Position numbers and translations under genes: made by a program
Shown: one piece after another, positions 9,418 through 16,892 of the stretch
How the letters are laid out: every line of letters begins with the position of its first letter
How positions within the stretch are numbered: the stretch's first letter is position 1
Origin: Candidatus Binataceae bacterium
Lineage (GTDB): Bacteria; Desulfobacterota; Binatia; Binatales; Binataceae
Direction: 5' to 3'
Assembly: GCA_041491005.1 (NCBI GenBank)
Contig: JBGPUE010000008.1
Coordinates: 7,212-71,211, forward strand
DNA: 64,000 nucleotides
The notes under the pieces: model-generated
The model's database searches: none
Seen by the model: the letters and a program-made list of their open reading frames with translations, nothing else
Told to the model about the DNA's origin: nothing

Positions 9418-9501
9418 GTCATTCCGAGCGCAACGAGGAATCACGGACTCCATGGCTCCAACGGCCTGTCATTCGGGATTCCTCGCTGCGCTCGGAATGA
9501 C
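9418..9501. repeat. family-A inverted-repeat element (25-bp arms, 34-bp spacer)
   Basis: gtcattccgagcgcaacgaggaatc (9418-9442) and gattcctcgctgcgctcggaatgac (9477-9501) are reverse complements with 1 mismatch. The same arm consensus recurs at 22828, 34070 and 60935. Confidence 0.9.
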
Positions 9502-9624
9502 AAGCAGAGCCCGGCGAGGCTCGCCAAGCGACTTTTCGCGAAACGGCCATTATCCTTTCACTCCGGCTCCGAGAGAAGGTAAATTGACGGAGTAGCCCGT
9601 CGGGGGCTAAGCAGGGCGATCATC

Positions 9625-10068
9625 ATGGCACTCCAGTTCGACCCGGCCATAATCGGAAGAGCCTTCGAGGTGACGGATCCGGTAACGGTCACTGCCGAAA
9701 GCATCACCAAGTTCTGCAAGGCGATCGGCGATACCAATCCGTTGTTCACCGATGAGGACGCCGCGCGCAACGGCCCCTATGGCGGGATCGTCGCGCCGCC
9801 GTCGTATTCAGTCACGTTCCGCAACGGACGCCATTTCTTCACTCATGTGCCGCGCTTCGGCAAGGGCGGTTTCGATGCGGGCAAGGACGTCGAGTTCGTA
9901 TCGCACATTCGGCCTGGCGATCAGATCACGCTCAGCTCGGCGGTCAAGGAAATCTATGAGAAGACCGGGCGCAGCGGCTCGATGGTGTTTGTGGTCGTGC
10001 GCTCCACGCTCAAAAACCAGCGCGACGAAGTCGTCGCCCACGTCGATCATCGCTTTATGCACCGCTAG
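9625..10068 (+). CDS. MaoC-like hot-dog-fold hydratase subunit (N-type)
   Basis: 147 aa. Contains AIGDTNPLFTDEDAA (hydratase-2-like D-x-N-P segment, with Phe where His is usual). Paired with a second hot-dog gene 12 nt downstream. Confidence 0.8.
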   Translation: MALQFDPAIIGRAFEVTDPVTVTAESITKFCKAIGDTNPLFTDEDAARNGPYGGIVAPPSYSVTFRNGRHFFTHVPRFGKGGFDAGKDVEFVSHIRPGDQITLSSAVKEIYEKTGRSGSMVFVVVRSTLKNQRDEVVAHVDHRFMHR

Positions 10069-10079
10069 GCCCCATCGTC

Positions 10080-10505
10080 ATGGCCAACGCACCTTCGAGC
10101 TTCGATCAGGTCCAGGTTGGCGAACCGATTGGCCCCGAGCAGATGTTCGTCAGCAAGGAACAGTGCCGCACCTACGCGCTGACCTGCGGGATGAACACGC
10201 CGCGTTTCACCGACGATGAAGGCGCGCGCAAGGAAGGCCTGCCCGGGATGATCCTGCCGGGCAACATGAGCCTCAGTCTGCTGACGCGGCTGGTCACGGA
10301 CTGGATCGGCACGAGCGGCGCGCGCGTCACGCGGCTCAACACAACCTATCGTTCACCCGTGCAGCCCGGCCATACCTTCACGCTGCAGGGCTTCATCACG
10401 CACACGATTCCCGATGAGCGCACGGTTGACGTCGATATCTGGCTGGAGAACGAGGACGCCGAGCGACTGGTGACCGGCACCGCCACGGTGCAGTTCCCGA
10501 AGTAG
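10080..10505 (+). CDS. MaoC-like hot-dog-fold hydratase subunit
   Basis: 141 aa with a ..NTPRFTDDEGARKEGLPGMILPG.. MaoC-type core. Adjacent to the 9625-10068 paralog, an arrangement suggesting a heteromeric hydratase. Confidence 0.8.
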   Translation: MANAPSSFDQVQVGEPIGPEQMFVSKEQCRTYALTCGMNTPRFTDDEGARKEGLPGMILPGNMSLSLLTRLVTDWIGTSGARVTRLNTTYRSPVQPGHTFTLQGFITHTIPDERTVDVDIWLENEDAERLVTGTATVQFPK

Positions 10506-10556
10506 GCCGCTTTCGCATCGCTTCGCGGCGATTCCTTCAGGGGCTTCAGGACACGC

Positions 10557-10582
10557 TCACTCTCCCTGATAGGGAGAGGGGA
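10557..10582. repeat. family-B repeat / hairpin (ctcac-tctccct-gat-agggaga-gggg)
   Basis: Stem ctctccct / agggagag with a 3-nt loop, lying between convergent genes. The core tctccctg.t.agggagagg also occurs at 62907-62930. Confidence 0.75.
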
Positions 10583-10604
10583 AGGAACGAAACAGGAGTG
10601 CGAA

Positions 10605-11153
10605 CTACAACAGCGCGCCGCGGAAGGGCTCGTCGCGCTGCGGCGGATAGTTGATCAGATTGAGCGCCCAGTCATGCGCCTGGCCAAGCGCCTGCTCGGC
10701 GCGCTTGAACAGCCGCTCGCGATGCATCACGCTCCATACATAGACGTCAACCGACGGCTCATCGGCCATCGTGACATCGATCATCCAGTCCTCGAGTTGC
10801 GGCCCGCAGATCAGCAGCCGCACCAGCCGCCCGTGATCGAGCACGATACCGCGCGCCTCACGCGGGAGGCGGAAGCCTTCCTTGATTCGTTTGACCAGAT
10901 GCTCGGGGTAATGATCTTCAGTCATCGCGAGGTATGACCATTCGCCGGGCTGCGGATTGACCTCGCGCGCAATGCGCAGGTTGTTGTCGGTCAGATGTTC
11001 CTTGGCGCGTTCCTGATCGTAGTCGCGCGCGACGCTGTAGAAGCCCATCGCGACCGGAAGTTCCGGCTTCTTCTCGGCGCCGGGCGCTGGCCGCGGGCGC
11101 TTGACGTTGGTCTCAACCCACCAGCGATTCTCGACGTTAGGCTTCTGCGCCAT
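10605..11153 (-). CDS. hypothetical protein (182 aa), no family recognised
   Basis: Clean ORF with balanced composition (W/Y/H/E/K-rich, not the Arg/Ala/Pro bias of the alternative frames). ATG start at 11153. Confidence 0.7.
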   Translation of the reverse strand: MAQKPNVENRWWVETNVKRPRPAPGAEKKPELPVAMGFYSVARDYDQERAKEHLTDNNLRIAREVNPQPGEWSYLAMTEDHYPEHLVKRIKEGFRLPREARGIVLDHGRLVRLLICGPQLEDWMIDVTMADEPSVDVYVWSVMHRERLFKRAEQALGQAHDWALNLINYPPQRDEPFRGALL

Positions 11154-11221
11154 CGCGGATAGTGTAGCAGCCTCGCAGGCCCTTGAAGAAGGATTTCAAC
11201 GGCCCTGCACCCTCTCTCTTA

Positions 11222-11240
11222 TCTCCCCCTAAGGGGGAGA
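11222..11240. repeat. hairpin tctcccc-cttaa-ggggaga (family-B-like)
   Basis: Near-perfect palindrome between the 11326-11865 stop and the 10605-11153 start. It may act as a terminator for the upstream minus-strand gene. Confidence 0.6.
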
Positions 11241-11325
11241 AGATTGGGGACGGAAGCCAGTCTTCATGCAGGGTGTTGTGCGTTGGGCGGAATCTTCGCC
11301 GCAGAAGCCGGGTTCCAACACCCTG

Positions 11326-11865
11326 CTAGCCGCGTGCGCGCTTCCTCCGCGTCTTGATTCTCGCGGCCGCGGCTCGGAATTTACGCCTACGTTCCGCGAT
11401 GCGCCGGCTCGCCATACCCCTACGCGAAGCCGCACGCTTCGCGCGCGCGACGCTGCGCAATCCGCGCACCATGCGATACGTGAACATCTCCGCCTTGCGT
11501 TCGGGATAGCTCCAGAACAGGTAGTGTCCCATCTCGTGATAGACCGTTGCGATCCATTGGCGTTCGCTCTTGTACACGCGTCCGCGCTTCCAGTTCTCCG
11601 GATGTACGAGATGAACGCGGCCATCCTCGAAGGTCTTGCCCGCAGTTTTGCCCCAATCGATGTACTCGTACCATCCGACGCGCGGCTGCCTGACGTCGTA
11701 GAAGCGGCACAACTCCGACATCGCGCGCCGAAACGCCGCGGGCCGATGGTCACGGAAGAAGATCGACAGACTTCGGTCGATCTCCCGGCGGTTGGGAAGC
11801 GAAGGAAGAATCATGCGCACGGGAATGTCGAGGCCTCCGGAAGCAGCAGTTGTGAGAGAGATCAT
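11326..11865 (-). CDS. hypothetical HExxH (zinc-metallopeptidase-like) protein with a poly-basic C-terminal tail
   Basis: This frame gives the protein-like sequence WYEYIDWGKTAGKTFEDGRVHLVHPENWK..IATVYHEMGHYLFWSYPERKAEMF. It is followed by a ~45-aa Arg/Lys/Ala tail (RAKRAASRRGMASRRIAERRRKFRAAAARIKTRRKRARG). An alternative start is ATG 11814 (MILPSL). Confidence 0.6.
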   Translation of the reverse strand: MISLTTAASGGLDIPVRMILPSLPNRREIDRSLSIFFRDHRPAAFRRAMSELCRFYDVRQPRVGWYEYIDWGKTAGKTFEDGRVHLVHPENWKRGRVYKSERQWIATVYHEMGHYLFWSYPERKAEMFTYRMVRGLRSVARAKRAASRRGMASRRIAERRRKFRAAAARIKTRRKRARG

Positions 11866-12122
11866 AGTGAGGCCTGTGAGCTACGGTCAACAAAAGTAAG
11901 GAATGATGGTCAATGATTAAATTTAGTTAAAGAAATAGCGTCATCGAGCTAAAGCACGAACGCAATAAACCTCAAGTTAGCCGGAGTGATTTCGCGAAAT
12001 TTAGTCAAGCGCGAATCAAACGGATTAATACTGCGGGTAAGACGTGCTAATAGAAATATGGGCGAAAATTGGATGACATTCGCTCAATGATGGCGATTGT
12101 CGGCGGCTGATGGAGGAGGGTT
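11866..12122. promoter_or_regulatory. AT-rich divergent intergenic region
   Basis: 70 G+C in the 180 nt from 11881-12060 by hand count (~39%), versus ~63% in the flanks. It lies between the divergent starts at 11865 (-) and 12123 (+). Repeated words: aatttagt(t/c)aa twice and tcaatgat twice. GGAGGAGGG precedes the doxX ATG. Confidence 0.6.
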
Positions 12123-12515
12123 ATGGACGGAATGAAGAATTGGGGAGCGCTGTTTGGCCGGATCATGATGGGGGCCATCTTCGTGGGAGCTGGCGTTGAC
12201 AAGCTTGGCCATCTGGCGAGTTACACCGACCTCATCGCGAAGCATGGGCTGCCGATGGCCGGCTTGCTGGCCTTTCTGGCAGCGGTGGTCGAGTTGGGTG
12301 GCGGAGCTTTCCTGATCGTCGGAGCGCAGGCGCGCTGGGCAGCTCTGCTGCTGTTCTTGTTCCTGATTCCGGCGACGCTGATCTTCCACGCCGGCGACCA
12401 ACTCAACACGATGAAGAACCTCGCGATCATGGGTGGGATGCTGATGGTCGCGACGCAAGGCGGCGGCGGATTCAGTTGGGACACCTTTCGCGGCATCGAT
12501 CGGGCGGACGCCTAG
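12123..12515 (+). CDS. DoxX-family membrane protein
   Basis: 130 aa with four hydrophobic helices. N-terminus ..LFGRIMMGAIFVGAGVDKL.. and ..ELGGGAFLIVG.. are typical of DoxX. Confidence 0.8.
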   Translation: MDGMKNWGALFGRIMMGAIFVGAGVDKLGHLASYTDLIAKHGLPMAGLLAFLAAVVELGGGAFLIVGAQARWAALLLFLFLIPATLIFHAGDQLNTMKNLAIMGGMLMVATQGGGGFSWDTFRGIDRADA

Positions 12516-12559
12516 CGGCGGGGTGCGTAGCGCTCTTCGATCGAATTTCCGCAAACGAA

Positions 12560-12586
12560 AAGGCGCAGCCCAAAAGGCTGCGCCTT
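12560..12586. terminator. bidirectional rho-independent terminator hairpin
   Basis: aaggcgcagcc-caaaa-ggctgcgcctt: a perfect 11-bp stem with a 5-nt loop. It is flanked by A-rich (5') and T-containing (3') tracts, between convergent doxX and grx. Confidence 0.75.
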
Positions 12587-12628
12587 GATTTCGCTTGACC
12601 CGCAGCGCGGGGGGCGATCGGGCGAAGG

Positions 12629-12970
12629 CTATCGGCCGGCCGTAGCGGCGACCGAATCCTTGACCAGGCTCTGCAACTCGCCGCTCTCGTACAGCTCACG
12701 GATGATGTCGCATCCGCCGACGAACTTGCCGCTGATATAGACCTGCGGAATCGTCGGCCAGTTGCTGTAGCGTTTGATCGCGTCGCGCAGATCGGGGTCG
12801 CTGAGCACGTCGGCGGTCTCGTAAGGTACGCCGAGATCCTCGAAGATCTGCACCGTAGCGGCAGAGAAGCCGCATTGCGGGAAACTGCGGTTGCCCTTCA
12901 TGAAGATCATGATCTTGTTGCTTTTGACTGCGGCTTCGATGCGCTCGATTGCGTCAGCCATTGAAATCAC
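12629..12970 (-). CDS. grxD: monothiol glutaredoxin (Grx4/GrxD type)
   Basis: CGFS active site ([11 protein letters not shown]) and the [16 protein letters not shown] motif. Confidence 0.9.
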   Translation of the reverse strand: MISMADAIERIEAAVKSNKIMIFMKGNRSFPQCGFSAATVQIFEDLGVPYETADVLSDPDLRDAIKRYSNWPTIPQVYISGKFVGGCDIIRELYESGELQSLVKDSVAATAGR

Positions 12971-13272
12971 CTCCCGTTGCGATGCTGGGCCGGAGTCAGG
13001 GTCTTGAGCGTCAAAGCGTGCACTGCAGCGCGCATCGCATCGCCCAGCGCCGAGTAAACCGCCTGATGGCGCTCGACGAGGCTCTTGCCCTCGAATTGCT
13101 CGCTGACGACCAAAGCCTCGAAATGGTCGCCGCCGCCGGTGTAGTCGCGGACTTCGACCTCGGCGCCGGGGATTCCAGCTTCGATCTTATGCTTGACCTC
13201 GTCGGCATCCATCCCGGCCAATCTTAGCTTGGCATGCGCGGCCAAATCCACAGCGGGGCAGGGCGCGCTCAC
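12967..13272 (-). CDS. BolA-family protein
   Basis: ..[42 protein letters not shown].. is the BolA signature region. There are ATGA overlaps with both neighbours. Confidence 0.8.
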   Translation of the reverse strand: MSAPCPAVDLAAHAKLRLAGMDADEVKHKIEAGIPGAEVEVRDYTGGGDHFEALVVSEQFEGKSLVERHQAVYSALGDAMRAAVHALTLKTLTPAQHRNGR

Positions 13273-13856
13273 TTCTCCATCAGGGCCCGGGTCGCTTCGG
13301 TCAACTCACCCATCTTTCCTCCGCCCACCACCGTGCCGACCAGCTTGCCCTCGCGATCGACGAACAATGTCGTGGGAATGCCAAAAACGCCGAACTGGTT
13401 GGCGACCTGGTCTGTACCGAGCAGGATTGGGTAATTGATGCGGAACTCTTGCGCGAACGGTTTGATCGCCTTTACGCCCTCGCCGCGCATGGTATCGAAC
13501 GAGATGCCGATCACGCGCAGGCCCTTGGCCCGATATCGCTGGTAGATTGCGACCAGCTCGGGAATCTGTTTGCGGCACGGAGCACACCAGGTCGCCCAGA
13601 AATCGACGATCACCGGATGGCCGCGCAAGCTCCTGAAGCTGAATGCTTTACCCTTGAGATCGGAGAGCGTGAAGTCGACCGCCTTGGCCGACTCGGCGGG
13701 CTTCGCCACGGCGGCTCCCTTTGCAGCGGAAGGCGGTGAAGCGTCCGATCGCGCTGCGCCGCGATCGTCTGCTGATGCCGCCGCGGCGATCGCAAGCGCC
13801 AACCCGATCGCTGTGCGAATCAGCGATCGTTTGATCGGTCGATGCAACCCGGCCAC
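13269..13856 (-). CDS. TlpA-like exported thiol:disulfide oxidoreductase (redoxin)
   Basis: Signal-like N-terminus ([13 protein letters not shown]) and the thioredoxin-fold motif [16 protein letters not shown]. Confidence 0.85.
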   Translation of the reverse strand: MAGLHRPIKRSLIRTAIGLALAIAAAASADDRGAARSDASPPSAAKGAAVAKPAESAKAVDFTLSDLKGKAFSFRSLRGHPVIVDFWATWCAPCRKQIPELVAIYQRYRAKGLRVIGISFDTMRGEGVKAIKPFAQEFRINYPILLGTDQVANQFGVFGIPTTLFVDREGKLVGTVVGGGKMGELTEATRALMEK

Positions 13857-13894
13857 AAGTCAGTTCATCAGGCGTGAGCGATGCGATCCGGACA

Positions 13895-15034
13895 CTAGAC
13901 CTGCTCAACCACCGTGGCGATTCCCTGGCCCATCCCGATGCACATCGTGGCGACACCGAGCGCGGCGCCACGCCTGCGCATCTCGTGCGTCAACGTGACG
14001 ACCAGGCGCGCGCCTGAGCATCCCAGCGGATGACCGAGCGCGACCGCACCACCGTTCACGTTGATGATCTCTTCGCTAATCTTGAGCTCGGTGTTGCAGG
14101 CCAGCACCTGCGCCGCGAATGCCTCGTTGATCTCGAACAGCTTGATGTCGCCGAGCTTGAGTCCAGCACGCTTGAGCGCCTTCTGTGTCGATGGCACGGG
14201 TCCCCATCCCATGATCTCCGGCCGCACGCCGGCAACCGCGGTAGCCCGAATCTTGGCCATCGGTTTGAGGCCCAGCGACCTGGCGCGCTCGGCGCTCATC
14301 AGCAGCACCGCCGCCGCGCCGTCGCTGATTTGCGATGAGTTGCCAGCCGTTACTTGCCCGCCCGGCTTGAACGACGGTTGCAGCGCCGCCAGCTTCTCGA
14401 TGCTGGTGTCGGCGCGCGGGCCCTGATCGGTATCGACCGTGACGCCTTCGCCGATCGTCACGGGCACGATCTCCTCCTTGAAGCGCTCGCGCGCGGCGAT
14501 CGCACGCTGGTTGGAACGTAGCGCGAAAGCATCGGATTGCTCGCGTGTGATCTTGTACATCTCGGCGAGCCGCTCGGCGGTCAGCCCCATGAAGAACATG
14601 TCGCGCGGGAACATGTCGAGCAGCTTGTTGTTGGGCGACAGTCCGGCGCCCATCGGGATGTGGCCCATGTGCTCGACGCCGCCGGCAATCGCAGCCTCGC
14701 CCGCTCCGGTCATGATTTCCTGCGCGGCGAAGTTGACCGCCTGCAGGCTCGAGCCGCACTGGCGATCGAGCGTGACGCCGGCGACTTCGACCGGCAATCC
14801 CGCCAGCAGCGCGATCATGCGGCCGATATTAAAACCCTGCTCGCCTGACTGATTCGCGCATCCCCAGACCACGTCTTCGATCTCGGCCGGATTGACTTTC
14901 GGGTTGCGCTCCATGAGGCGGCGCACGCAAAGCGTCGCGAGATCATCGGCGCGGATGTCCTTGTAGTAGCCCTTGTCCTTGCTGCCACGGCCAAGCGGGG
15001 TCCGGACGCCGTCAACGATTACAACTTCGCGCAC
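13895..15034 (-). CDS. acetyl-CoA C-acyltransferase (degradative thiolase)
   Basis: 379 aa. Contains MREVVIVDGVRTPLGR, active-site Cys region LDRQCGSSLQA and the C-terminal NVNGGAVALGHPLGCSGARL signature. Confidence 0.9.
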   Translation of the reverse strand: MREVVIVDGVRTPLGRGSKDKGYYKDIRADDLATLCVRRLMERNPKVNPAEIEDVVWGCANQSGEQGFNIGRMIALLAGLPVEVAGVTLDRQCGSSLQAVNFAAQEIMTGAGEAAIAGGVEHMGHIPMGAGLSPNNKLLDMFPRDMFFMGLTAERLAEMYKITREQSDAFALRSNQRAIAARERFKEEIVPVTIGEGVTVDTDQGPRADTSIEKLAALQPSFKPGGQVTAGNSSQISDGAAAVLLMSAERARSLGLKPMAKIRATAVAGVRPEIMGWGPVPSTQKALKRAGLKLGDIKLFEINEAFAAQVLACNTELKISEEIINVNGGAVALGHPLGCSGARLVVTLTHEMRRRGAALGVATMCIGMGQGIATVVEQV

Positions 15035-15116
15035 GATGCTTCCTCCATGGAGCGAGCTGAAATTCTCGCAGCCCGTTGCCAGGCGCCATCCGCGTAGCGC
15101 GCCGCGCTGGTCGGAC

Positions 15117-16316
15117 TCAAATGATACCGCTGGCGCGCAGTCTTGTCAGCCGGTCCAGATCATAACCGAGCAGCCCGCCCAGCACTTCGTCGGTATGCTC
15201 GCCCAGGCTCGGAGCGCGGGTGTTGAGAGCGCTGTTCTCTCCCACTGACTTTAGCGGCGATCCCGGCACCATCAGGCCCGCGAAGCTGGGATGCTCGGCG
15301 TGCAGGATCATGCCGCGCGCCGCCAGATGCGGATTGCGCGTGACCTCTTCGATATTGGCAACTGGCGCGGCAGGCACCTTCGCCGCGGTCAGCCGCCCCA
15401 GCCAGTGATCACGCGGCTGAGCGGCGAGATGCGCCTGAAGAATCCCTTCGAGTTCCGCATGATGTTGTGTGCGGAGATTGTTCGAAGCGAAGCGCGGGTC
15501 ATCTCTGAGCTCCGGACGATCGATCGCGTCGCAGAAGCGATGCCACAGTTGCTCATTGCCGACCCCGACCACGAAGTAGCCGTCAGTGGCGTGAAATTGC
15601 TGAAACGGCGTGATCGACGGATGGCGCGTGCCAAGTGGGCCGGGAACCTTGTGCGTCACAGAAAATCGCGAGAGCGCGTCCTCGAGCAGCGCCACCTGAC
15701 AATCGAGCAGCGCGATATCGAGATGATCGCCTACGCCGGTGCGCTCGCGCGTGCGCACCGCGGCCAGAATCGCGATGACGCCGTAAAGCGCCGCGGTCAG
15801 ATCTCCAATCGATACGCCGCATCGCACCGGCTCGCCGCTGGTCGGTCCCGTGATGCTCATCATGCCCGACAGCGCCTGCGCAACGATGTCGTAGGCAGGC
15901 GCGGAGGCCATCGGGCCGGTCTGCCCGAAGCCGGAGATCGAGCACAGGATGATGCGAGAGTTGGACGCGCGCAGCGCCGTGTAGTCCACGCCAAACCGCG
16001 CCATCGCACCTGGAGCGAAATTCTCGACTACGACATCGGCATTGCGCGCAAGCTCGAGCAAGATGGCCGCGCCTTCCGGCTTGCGCAGATCGATGGTGAC
16101 GCTGCGTTTGCCGCGGTTGGCGCGCCAGAAATAGCCCGAGTCTTCAGTGCCGGGGATCATCGGCGGATAGCCGCGCGAATCGTCACCGCGTCCGGGCAGC
16201 TCGATCTTGATCACGTCAGCGCCCATGTCGGCCAGCGTCATCGTGCAAAACGGCCCGGCCAGCACGCGCGTCAGGTCGAGAACGCGCACGCCCTCAAGCG
16301 GTTTCTGTTCAAGCAA
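15117..16316 (-). CDS. family III CoA-transferase (CaiB/BaiF type)
   Basis: PLEGVRVLDLTRVLAGPFCTMTLADMGADVIKIE.. A TTG start at 16316 is proposed, with AGGAGG 7 nt upstream and 1200 nt in frame. The 580-codon ORF extension runs antisense through the GNAT gene and is rejected. Confidence 0.85.
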   Translation of the reverse strand: MLEQKPLEGVRVLDLTRVLAGPFCTMTLADMGADVIKIELPGRGDDSRGYPPMIPGTEDSGYFWRANRGKRSVTIDLRKPEGAAILLELARNADVVVENFAPGAMARFGVDYTALRASNSRIILCSISGFGQTGPMASAPAYDIVAQALSGMMSITGPTSGEPVRCGVSIGDLTAALYGVIAILAAVRTRERTGVGDHLDIALLDCQVALLEDALSRFSVTHKVPGPLGTRHPSITPFQQFHATDGYFVVGVGNEQLWHRFCDAIDRPELRDDPRFASNNLRTQHHAELEGILQAHLAAQPRDHWLGRLTAAKVPAAPVANIEEVTRNPHLAARGMILHAEHPSFAGLMVPGSPLKSVGENSALNTRAPSLGEHTDEVLGGLLGYDLDRLTRLRASGII

Positions 16317-16379
16317 GGTCCATCCTCCTGCGGTGCGCGGATGCGTGCGCCGCCTCGATAATGTAATACGGTTCAGCTG

Positions 16380-16892
16380 ATGGGTCGTCCAGTTGGTGGC
16401 AGGGCGCATGCGAAGGGAACCGGTCCGGCGGCGGCGCGCCTTCGTATTCGGCGTGCCCGGGCAGCCGACATACCGGCCCTCGAGGCGCTCTATCGCCAGC
16501 TCAATCTGAGCGGGTACCGCGACGTGAGCGTGCCGATGGGCGAGATGCGCCGCGCGTTCGCGCGACTGCGCGGTAATCGCGACCACACGATTTTGCTGGT
16601 TGAGCGCGCAGGCAAAGTAGTCGGCGCGGCGCACGTGATCATCGTACCGCATCTGGGGCATGGGCTGTCGCCAATGGCGATCGTCGAGAACGTCGTGGTC
16701 GATGCGGCTGCGCGATCCGAGGGTCTCGGCGAGCATCTCATGCGCGCGGCCACTGATGTTGCAAGGCGGCGTCGATGCTACAAGCTCGCGCTTACGACCA
16801 ACATCGCCCGAATGCGCAGCCATCACTTCTACGAACGGCTGGGCTGGAAGCGCACGCACTTCGGCTATTCGTTCCCGCTGCGTGATCGATGA
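16380..16892 (+). CDS. GNAT-family N-acetyltransferase
   Basis: ..LVERAGKVVGAAHVIIVPHL..VENVVVDAAARSEGLGEHLMRAA..FYERLGW.. (acetyl-CoA-binding R/Q-x-x-G-x-G/A segment). The exact start is uncertain. The stop overlaps the next ATG (ATGA at 16889-16892). Confidence 0.75.
   Translation: MGRPVGGRAHAKGTGPAAARLRIRRARAADIPALEALYRQLNLSGYRDVSVPMGEMRRAFARLRGNRDHTILLVERAGKVVGAAHVIIVPHLGHGLSPMAIVENVVVDAAARSEGLGEHLMRAATDVARRRRCYKLALTTNIARMRSHHFYERLGWKRTHFGYSFPLRDR

Noticed and set aside
16317-16859. N-terminal 180-codon extension of the CoA-transferase ORF 15117-16859
   Set aside because: The extension runs antisense through the GNAT gene and has no CoA-transferase similarity. An in-frame TTG with AGGAGG 7 nt upstream sits exactly where the conserved N-terminus begins.
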